From positions 1 through 59,733 of the forward strand of contig SFOF01000002.1 in assembly GCA_004552515.1 (NCBI GenBank): DNA of 59,733 nucleotides. Reading direction: 5' to 3'. A program made the translations under genes and the position numbers. Origin of the DNA: Clostridiales bacterium. GTDB taxonomy: Bacteria > Bacillota > Clostridia > Christensenellales > Aristaeellaceae. The notes below the pieces were generated by a model. That model did no database searches. It was not told the DNA's origin and worked only from the letters and a program-made list of their open reading frames with translations. Shown here in pieces: positions 53,170-59,733 of this stretch; the first letter of the stretch is position 1, and the number at the start of each line of letters is the position of its first letter.

Positions 53170-54489
53170 TTATGGCTGAACCTCGGCGGCCTCAAAGGCG
53201 CGCAGCCTTTTTTCGATCGCCTTCGTCATGATGAAGAAGCCCATGTCGGATTTGTGCTGGAAATCGGCGGTGCACTCCTCGCCCTGAGAAAACGCGCCGT
53301 CCATAATGTCCTCGTCCGCGCCGGTAAAGTCGCCGCCGTCCCAGAACACGATGCGCCGGTCGCCGGCCGCGCGGAGATCCTCGACGATTTTGCGCTGGCA
53401 GTCCCGTTTGGCCAGGCGCAGCGCGCGATAGTCGGTCTGGAAGCGCTCCCGAGCCTCGCGCATGAAGCTCATGACGGCGATGTTCCATTCGGGACGCGTT
53501 TCCCGAACGATGCGGATGAAGGAGCGCATATGCTCGTCCAGCCAGTCCACGGTGGGGCAGTTGCCCTCCGGCGAGAGGATCAGCCAGCGCACGCCCTCGC
53601 ATTCGCGGAGCGCATAGGCGGTTTCGTCCTCGCACTTGCCGTTGCCGTTGACGGCGAGATTGTAGATTTCGCGTCCCAGCCTGCGCGAGAGCTGGCTGGT
53701 CATGGTCATGCCGGGCCGCGAGGCGCAGAAGCCGTGCAGGATCGAGCCGCCGTAGACGAGGATTTTTCCGCGGTCTTCCTCGGGCAGCGGCAGGGGCGGG
53801 AGAACCTCGCAGCCGCGGTCAACGCCCACGAGCACGCTCTCGACAGTCTCGTTGATGGGAAAGTTTATGATGAAATCCAGCGGCCTGTCGGGCAGAGGGA
53901 TCGAGCAGAGTACGGATTCATAGCTGTCCAGCCTCGGATCGTATTTGGAAACGCCGATCAGCGTATACCTTCCGTCGCCGTCGGAGGCGTAAATGTCAAA
54001 GCCGCCGGAGAGGAGCGGCATGACGTTATAGCTCGGGCTGTAGGGCGCGCGCAGCCGGACGCGCAGCGCGACGGCGGCGGTTCTGGCGCGGAAGCGAATC
54101 TGGCCGCCGCTGGGGGAATTGGCGTAGGCCTCCGTGCCGGCGGGCAGCGGAAGGCGGAGCCGCAGGGGATAGCGGCGGTAAAGTCCGTCCCTTTCAAAAA
54201 AGGGGAAGCCCAGCAGGCGGAAGGGCGCTATCGCGGGATTATACCAGTCGATCGCCGGCCCGTCGGGCTGCGCGGGTTTTTCGGGCCTTTCGTCGGGCTG
54301 CGCGGGGACTTCGGGGAGCGTCGCGCCGCCCCGGACGCGCCTGAGCTGTCCCAGCTGCTCCAGCTGTAAAAAGTCGCGCTTTATGGTCTGCACGGATACG
54401 TTCAGCGCGCGGGCGGCCGATTCGCTGTCACAGAACCCGTCGCGCCGCACAAGAGCCAGCAGGGCTTCCTGCCGCTGTCTGATAATCAT
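53170..54489 (-). CDS. DeoR-type HTH fused to a GxDLY/SGNH (GDSL-like) hydrolase domain
   Basis: The HTH is RQEALLALVRRDGFCDSESAARALNVSVQTIKRDFLQLEQLGQLRRVRGGA. A Pro-rich linker follows. The SGNH block I-like segment is KILVYGGSILHG and the C-terminal D-x-x-H is ADFQH. I chose ATG 54489 for its RBS spacing. Confidence 0.65.
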   Translation of the reverse strand: MIIRQRQEALLALVRRDGFCDSESAARALNVSVQTIKRDFLQLEQLGQLRRVRGGATLPEVPAQPDERPEKPAQPDGPAIDWYNPAIAPFRLLGFPFFERDGLYRRYPLRLRLPLPAGTEAYANSPSGGQIRFRARTAAVALRVRLRAPYSPSYNVMPLLSGGFDIYASDGDGRYTLIGVSKYDPRLDSYESVLCSIPLPDRPLDFIINFPINETVESVLVGVDRGCEVLPPLPLPEEDRGKILVYGGSILHGFCASRPGMTMTSQLSRRLGREIYNLAVNGNGKCEDETAYALRECEGVRWLILSPEGNCPTVDWLDEHMRSFIRIVRETRPEWNIAVMSFMREARERFQTDYRALRLAKRDCQRKIVEDLRAAGDRRIVFWDGGDFTGADEDIMDGAFSQGEECTADFQHKSDMGFFIMTKAIEKRLRAFEAAEVQP

Positions 54490-54683
54490 TTCCATCACCT
54501 CATGATACAATATAGTACAAAATCGAACAAAAATCAACAAAAAGAATAATCGAAAGCCCCTTGGCGGAGACTTGCGCTTTGCCGTTGCTTTTTGCGGCGG
54601 CGCATGATAAGATGTGTAGAGACAGGCGCCGGCCCCGAATGAAGCGCGGGCGGCGCGGATTTATGAATCGAGGGGGCGTCGAT

Positions 54684-56030
54684 ATGACGATGATCTGGGA
54701 GCCGGCCAGGCAGATTCCCGTCTGGGATGAGGCGGATGTGTGCGTTGTCGGCGGGAGCTGCACGGGCGTGTTCGCGGCGATCCGCGCGGCCCGCATGGGG
54801 CTGAAGGTCGCGCTGGTGGAAAATCAGGGGCGGCTGGGCGGCACGGCGACGGCTGGTCTGGTCTATATCTGGCATACGCTGCTGGACGATACGTTTACCG
54901 TGCCGGTGATCGGCGGCCTGACGGACGAGGTGGAAAGACGGCTGTATAAGGCCGGCCGTCTGGAGTATGCCGGACATTCTCACGGCGCGGGCGCGCGGCT
55001 GGATCCGCTCTATCTGGCCTATACGCTGGATCAGATGGCGCGTGAGGAGGGGCTGCGGCTCTACCTGCACACGCGCTATACGGCGCTGCAAATGGATGGG
55101 GCGCGCATCGACGCGGTCATTTTGGAAAACAAGGACGGACGGGGCGCGATCCGCGCGCGCTTTTTCATTGACGCGACGGGCGACGGCGATCTGTGCCGCG
55201 ATATTGGCCTGCCCTGCTATCGAAACGAAAACATTCAGCCGCCCAGCGCCTGCTTTTACATGACCGGCGGCACCGACGACGAGCATCTGGAGCGGATGGT
55301 GCTCGAGCACGGCGCGGAATTCGGCCTGGACAACGACACCGGCTGGAACGGGCCGCTGCCGAATATCGAGAACGTCTATTTCCGTGCGGACAATCACGTT
55401 TTCGGCGTGGATTGCTCGAAGGCCGCCGATCTGACGCGCGCCGAGGTTGAGGGACGCCGCCGCGCCTTCGCGTTCGAGGCGATGACGAACGCCTATGGAA
55501 AGCGCGCGCACCGCATCGTCAATCTGTGCGCGCACATCGGCGTGCGGGACACGCGGCATTACGAGACGGACTATCGCGTGACCGAGATGGATCTGCTGAG
55601 CGGCCGCGATTTTGAGGACGCGATCCTGCACGGCACATACCGGCTGGACGTGCATCATCAGCAGGACAACATGGGCTGGACGTTCAAGTATCTGGACGGC
55701 CGCGTGGAAACCTATCTGGGCAAATCGCCGGTTCCCATTGTGTCCAACTGGCGCGAGGAAATGGGACTGGGGCCGGCGGAGCGACACTATTACTCCCTGC
55801 CCTTCCGGGCGCTGGTGCAGCGCCAATCCGCCAACTTCATCATGGCGGGGCGCATGGTCAACGCCGAGGAATTTGCCTTCGGCGCGCTGCGCGTAATGGT
55901 CAACTGCAATCAGATGGGCGAGGCTGCCGGCGTGGCCGCGGCGCTGTGCCTGAGGAACGATCAGCCCGTCTGGGCGCTGGACGGAAGGGATGTGCGCGCG
56001 GCGCTGAACGCGGGCGGATCGCTGCTGTAG
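54684..56030 (+). CDS. FAD-dependent oxidoreductase (PF12831-like)
   Basis: The dinucleotide-binding segment is DVCVVGGSCTGVFAAIRAARMGLKVALVE. The start is ATG 54684, internal to ORF 54561. Confidence 0.75.
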   Translation: MTMIWEPARQIPVWDEADVCVVGGSCTGVFAAIRAARMGLKVALVENQGRLGGTATAGLVYIWHTLLDDTFTVPVIGGLTDEVERRLYKAGRLEYAGHSHGAGARLDPLYLAYTLDQMAREEGLRLYLHTRYTALQMDGARIDAVILENKDGRGAIRARFFIDATGDGDLCRDIGLPCYRNENIQPPSACFYMTGGTDDEHLERMVLEHGAEFGLDNDTGWNGPLPNIENVYFRADNHVFGVDCSKAADLTRAEVEGRRRAFAFEAMTNAYGKRAHRIVNLCAHIGVRDTRHYETDYRVTEMDLLSGRDFEDAILHGTYRLDVHHQQDNMGWTFKYLDGRVETYLGKSPVPIVSNWREEMGLGPAERHYYSLPFRALVQRQSANFIMAGRMVNAEEFAFGALRVMVNCNQMGEAAGVAAALCLRNDQPVWALDGRDVRAALNAGGSLL

Positions 56031-56107
56031 GGCGCCGCCTGCCGGTAAAGAGAAACGCTCCCGCATCCGGCGGCTGATGGATGACCGCGGGTACGGGGCG
56101 TTTTTTC

Positions 56108-56170
56108 ACAGTATAACATCAACCGCCGGAGCGCTCACGAAGAACGCTCCGGCGGTTGATGTTATACTGT
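56108..56170. terminator. 26-bp perfect inverted repeat between convergent genes
   Basis: acagtataacatcaaccgccggagcg (56108-56133) pairs with cgctccggcggttgatgttatactgt (56145-56170) across an 11-nt loop, and TTTTTT lies at 56101-56106. I cannot tell whether it serves as a terminator or as a protein-binding palindrome. Confidence 0.6.
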
Positions 56171-56171
56171 C

Positions 56172-57716
56172 TTACAGCTGATTCCAGCGGTCGTAGGCGG
56201 ACTGATAGGCGCCCAGCACCTCGTCGATGCCCATGGCCTTGACCTTCTCGCAGTAAGCGTCCCAGCCGGTCTCAATGTCGGTCACGCCGGTGATGAATTC
56301 GGCTTCCATGCGGCTGACGTAGGTCTTGATGTCGGCATAGTAGCTGTCGATGGTCATCTGCTCGTCGTCGTTGAAGGTCAGCGACGGGAAACTCGGGATG
56401 ACGTAGGGGTTCAGGTTGTTGATGTAGCCGATCTGGCGGGAGCGGGTATTACTCTCCTCGCTGTTGACGACGTTCTTGAAGGTGTACAGGAACGGGCCGT
56501 AGTTGAAGATGTCGCGCTTGTAGGTGTAGGTGTTGCCGGGCTCGTTGTCGGGGTTGTCGTCATAGATGAAGGTGAACTCGGTCTTTTCCTCATTGGTGAA
56601 CTTCCAGTGGTGGCCTTCGGGGCCGTAGTGGCCGGCGGCGCAGTACAGGCCGGTGCCGGGCGCGACTTCTTCCTTGGCGTAGAGGATGTCGAAGCACTGC
56701 GCCAGCTCCTTGGCGTACTGGCAGTCCTTGTTGATGGCGAAGCCGCCCACGTAGCCCATCTGGGAGCCGTTGGAGATGTAGGTCTTGGTGTCGTCCCACT
56801 CGGAGGTGAGGGGCGCGAGCTGATCGATGTCGAAATGGCCGGACGGGAAGTCGGCCGCGGTCAGCTGTGTGCCGTCGCCGCCCATGAAGAGCACGCCGTC
56901 GGCACACAGCGCGTTGCGGGCGGTGCTGTCGAGGGTCAGGTATTCCTTGTGCAGCAGGCCCTCGGCGTACATGCGGTGCATATACTCGATATAGCGCTTA
57001 TACTGCTCGCCGCAGCTGTTCCAGACGACCTTGCCCGTGCCGTCGTCGGCGAAGTCCCAGTTGACCTCGGTGCCCAGCGCGGAATAGAAGAAGCCCTTGG
57101 AGATGCTGATCATCGGCGCGGTGCCGGTCTTTTCAAAGGCGGTCTTGCAGGCCTGATAGAATTCCTCGGTGGTGGTCGGCGCTTCCAGACCATACTCGGC
57201 CAGCAGGTCGGTGCGGTAGTGCATGCGGTTGGCGCCGCTGCCGCTGGTGCAGGTCACGTCGATCAGCGGGAGCTGATACATGCCGCCGTCGCTGTAGGTC
57301 ACGGCCTTGCGGGCGTTGGGGAACTCCGCAAGCACTTCCTGCAGATAGGGCATGTACTCGAGCAGCGTGGCGTAATCCACGAACTTGCCGCCCAGCACGC
57401 CGTAGTCGTTCATGTAGGAGGAGTCCATGTCGGTGTTGAAGAAATCCGGCCATGCGCTCGCAGAGAGGTAGACGGGGAACTGATCGTATTCTACGTTAGT
57501 GAATTCAAAGTTGATGCCGCACAGCTTGCCCAGCTCTGTCCAGAGCGAGCGGTCGTGCGTCATGTCCACGCCCTTGACGACGCTGGTGATGGTCACAGGC
57601 TCGTCGAAGAGCGGGTAGGTCGCGCTGCCTTCGGCCAGAGCGCCGGTGCAGAGCAGGGTCAGAGCCAGCGCGAGCGCCAGCAGGGCGGACAATCCCTTGG
57701 TTACAGTCTTGCGCAT
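56172..57716 (-). CDS. Extracellular solute-binding protein of a carbohydrate ABC transporter (large LplA/YtcQ-like type)
   Basis: The 514-aa product has the signal peptide MRKTVTKGLSALLALALALTLLCTGALAEG and sits directly downstream of two sugar permease genes. Confidence 0.8.
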   Translation of the reverse strand: MRKTVTKGLSALLALALALTLLCTGALAEGSATYPLFDEPVTITSVVKGVDMTHDRSLWTELGKLCGINFEFTNVEYDQFPVYLSASAWPDFFNTDMDSSYMNDYGVLGGKFVDYATLLEYMPYLQEVLAEFPNARKAVTYSDGGMYQLPLIDVTCTSGSGANRMHYRTDLLAEYGLEAPTTTEEFYQACKTAFEKTGTAPMISISKGFFYSALGTEVNWDFADDGTGKVVWNSCGEQYKRYIEYMHRMYAEGLLHKEYLTLDSTARNALCADGVLFMGGDGTQLTAADFPSGHFDIDQLAPLTSEWDDTKTYISNGSQMGYVGGFAINKDCQYAKELAQCFDILYAKEEVAPGTGLYCAAGHYGPEGHHWKFTNEEKTEFTFIYDDNPDNEPGNTYTYKRDIFNYGPFLYTFKNVVNSEESNTRSRQIGYINNLNPYVIPSFPSLTFNDDEQMTIDSYYADIKTYVSRMEAEFITGVTDIETGWDAYCEKVKAMGIDEVLGAYQSAYDRWNQL

Positions 57717-57781
57717 TGTAAGGTCCCTCCATTTGTTATTTATTCTCAGCTCCTGCGGAGCCTAGAATCATGAGAAAGCGA

Positions 57782-58675
57782 TCAGCCCTTCACCGAGCCG
57801 ATCATCACGCCCTGATCGAAATACTTCTGCAGGAACGGATAGATCATCAGCATGGGCGCGGCCGAGACGACGATGACTGAATAGCGCAATAGCTGCGCCA
57901 GCTGGCGGCGTTCGTTGGCGTAATCGTCGCCCACTTCGGTCATCATGGCCGCGCTGGTCTGCTCCTCGACGAGGATGTTGCGCAGCACCAGCTGGAGCGG
58001 CTTGTAGTCCTCGTTGTTGATATAGATGAGCGCCGTGAAGTAAGAGTTCCAGTGCCCGACGGCGAAATAGAGCACCATGACGCCCAACAGTGCCTTGGAG
58101 ACCGGCATGACGATCTGGAAAAACGTGCGGTAGACCGAGCTTCCGTCGATTTCCGCCGCTTCCTCCAGCTCCTTGGGGATGTTCAAGAAGAACGTGCGGC
58201 AGATGATGCAGTTGTAGGTGCTGAACGCGCCCAGTATGACCAGTATGGCGCGCGTGTTGTACAGCCGCAGGCTGTTGACCAGCAAAAACGTCGGGATCAT
58301 GCCGCCGGAGAAGTACATGATGAACATGAAGAAGGCCATGAAGACGCCGCGCCCGGGCAGCGTCTTTTTGGAGAGCGCGTAGCCGCAGGGCATCGTGACG
58401 ATCAGATTGATCAGCGTGCCGACGATTGTGTAGCCGATCGTGTTGGCATAGCCGCGCACGATCATGGAATCCTTGAACACGCGCTCATAGCCGATCAGCG
58501 TCAGCCCTTTGGGCAGCAGCCAGACCTTGCCCGAGCCGACCATGGAGGGCGAGCTGAAGGAACAGGAGAGTACATAGACCAGCGGATAGACCACCGTCAG
58601 CACGATCAGCGCGATGATGACATGGACGACGGCGTTGAAGATCCGATCTCCCCGGGAAGCCTTGATTTTGGACAT
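57782..58675 (-). CDS. Carbohydrate ABC transporter permease (MalG/LplC-like)
   Basis: It has six TMs and the EAA-loop region (LEEAAEIDGSSVYRTFFQIVMP). Confidence 0.9.
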   Translation of the reverse strand: MSKIKASRGDRIFNAVVHVIIALIVLTVVYPLVYVLSCSFSSPSMVGSGKVWLLPKGLTLIGYERVFKDSMIVRGYANTIGYTIVGTLINLIVTMPCGYALSKKTLPGRGVFMAFFMFIMYFSGGMIPTFLLVNSLRLYNTRAILVILGAFSTYNCIICRTFFLNIPKELEEAAEIDGSSVYRTFFQIVMPVSKALLGVMVLYFAVGHWNSYFTALIYINNEDYKPLQLVLRNILVEEQTSAAMMTEVGDDYANERRQLAQLLRYSVIVVSAAPMLMIYPFLQKYFDQGVMIGSVKG

Positions 58676-58695
58676 GGTGATTTCCCCTCCCTTCG

Positions 58696-59631
58696 TTAAA
58701 ACAGGCTCGTGTCGCTGACGCGGCGGGTGATGAAGTTGGTAATCAGCAGCAGCGCGATGTTGACGACGTTGTTGAACAGGCCGACGGCCGTCGAGAAGCT
58801 GTAGTTGTTTTGCAGCAGGCCGCGCTTGTAGACGTAGGTGGAGATGACCTCGGACACCTCGACGTTCAGGTCGTTCTGCAGCAGATAGACCTTCTCATAG
58901 CCCACCGACACCAGACTGCCCATGCGCATGATCAGCAGGATGATGATCGTGGGCACGATCGTGGGGATGTTGATGTAGCGGATGCGCTGTATGCGGCTCG
59001 CGCCGTCGATGGTCGCGGCCTCGTGCAGCTCGGGATCCACAGCGGCCAGCGCCGCCAGATAGATGATCGCGCCCCAGCCCATGTCCTGCCAGACGCCCAA
59101 CCAGACGTAGAGGTGCCGGAACGCGCCGGGCATGGTCATAAAATAGATCCGCTCGCCGCCCAGCGCCTCGATGATCGTGTTGACCACGCCGAAGGAGGGC
59201 GAGAGCATGGTGTTGATCATGCCCACGACGACCACCGTGGAGAGGAAATGCGGCGCGTAGAGTATGGTCTGCGAGGCGCGCTTGAAGCGCCCCTTCGTCT
59301 CATTGAGCAGCAGCGCGATGATGATCGGCATGGGGAAGCCCGCGATGAGCGAGTAGAGCGACAAAACGATGGTGTTGCGCATCAGCAGCGTGAAATTGTA
59401 GCTCTTAAAGAAACTCATGAAGTGCTTCATGCCGCACCAGGGGCTGCCCACGATGCCCAGCGCGCCCTTGTAATCCTTGAACGCGATTTGAAGCCCGTAC
59501 ATGGGCGCATAGCAGAATATCAGCACATAGATGATGGCCGGCAGCATCAGCACATAGTAGGCGCGATGCTTCCAGATTCTCAGGCCAAGTCTGCGGGAGG
59601 AGTCTGCGCCGCCGTTCGTCGTCTGAGCCAT
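58696..59631 (-). CDS. Carbohydrate ABC transporter permease (MalF/LplB-like)
   Basis: It has an EAA-loop (LHEAATIDGASRIQRIRYINIP) and multi-TM topology. Confidence 0.9.
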   Translation of the reverse strand: MAQTTNGGADSSRRLGLRIWKHRAYYVLMLPAIIYVLIFCYAPMYGLQIAFKDYKGALGIVGSPWCGMKHFMSFFKSYNFTLLMRNTIVLSLYSLIAGFPMPIIIALLLNETKGRFKRASQTILYAPHFLSTVVVVGMINTMLSPSFGVVNTIIEALGGERIYFMTMPGAFRHLYVWLGVWQDMGWGAIIYLAALAAVDPELHEAATIDGASRIQRIRYINIPTIVPTIIILLIMRMGSLVSVGYEKVYLLQNDLNVEVSEVISTYVYKRGLLQNNYSFSTAVGLFNNVVNIALLLITNFITRRVSDTSLF

Positions 59632-59733
59632 GATTGTTCTCTCCTTTGCCTGTCATACCGGCAACCGCACCGATCGCCGTGTTTGTCACAATCTTAGTGG
59701 ATTTGCCACGCAAATTCAATATTAGATTTTTGC

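Noticed and set aside
56108-56170. The 26-bp inverted repeat as the termini of an IS or MITE.
   Set aside because: The two arms are separated by only 11 nt, there is no internal coding capacity, and I saw no second copy in the window. A hairpin terminator fits better.
1-59733. tRNA, rRNA, tmRNA, RNase P, riboswitch or T-box elements, and transposases, integrases, prophage or toxin-antitoxin/defence gene cassettes.
   Set aside because: I read the intergenic regions on both strands and found no cloverleaf-like or otherwise recognisable conserved RNA motifs. No ORF translation resembles a recombinase, phage structural protein or known defence protein. Covariance-model scans would be needed to exclude small RNAs.

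Overview
GC-rich chromosomal DNA from an endospore-forming Firmicute. The Clostridia-type markers are an ispH-S1 fusion, secA-prfB, the mrnC/rlmB/yacP/sigH cluster and spoIIE. I call about 46 protein-coding genes. I recognised no rRNA or tRNA genes and no transposase, integrase or phage genes. Housekeeping genes (ispH-S1, tsaD, prfB, secA, thyX, rlmB, sigH, spoIIE) are interleaved with accessory loci. (1) 10.5-19.2 kb holds an AraC regulator, a short glycyl-radical enzyme translationally coupled to a NUDIX hydrolase, a convergent MBL/GNAT/PHP operon, a nitroreductase and a displaced activase. (2) 19.3-29.2 kb holds nagA plus a seven-gene glycan operon (cupin, GH4, GH2, TIM-barrel isomerase, ADP-ribosylglycohydrolase, GH29). 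(3) 30.8-37.5 kb is a MacB-type ABC operon with two membrane-anchored Ig-like surface proteins and a ROK kinase. (4) 49.3-59.6 kb is a sugar ABC-uptake locus with an aberrant REC-His_kinase fusion and a DeoR-HTH/SGNH-esterase fusion. Non-genic signals include a dense DnaA-box cluster downstream of tsaD, a decayed orphan CRISPR array upstream of tsaD, a frameshifted LCP gene at the end of an 18-bp tandem repeat, a terminator-like hairpin in the secA leader, and several long GC-rich non-coding islands. The best candidate for an undescribed system is the orphan glycyl-radical enzyme/NUDIX locus. Next come a roughly 12 percent cysteine protein beside spoIIE and the two unusual regulator fusions. 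All calls rest on reading the sequence and the ORF translations by eye. No database searches were run.
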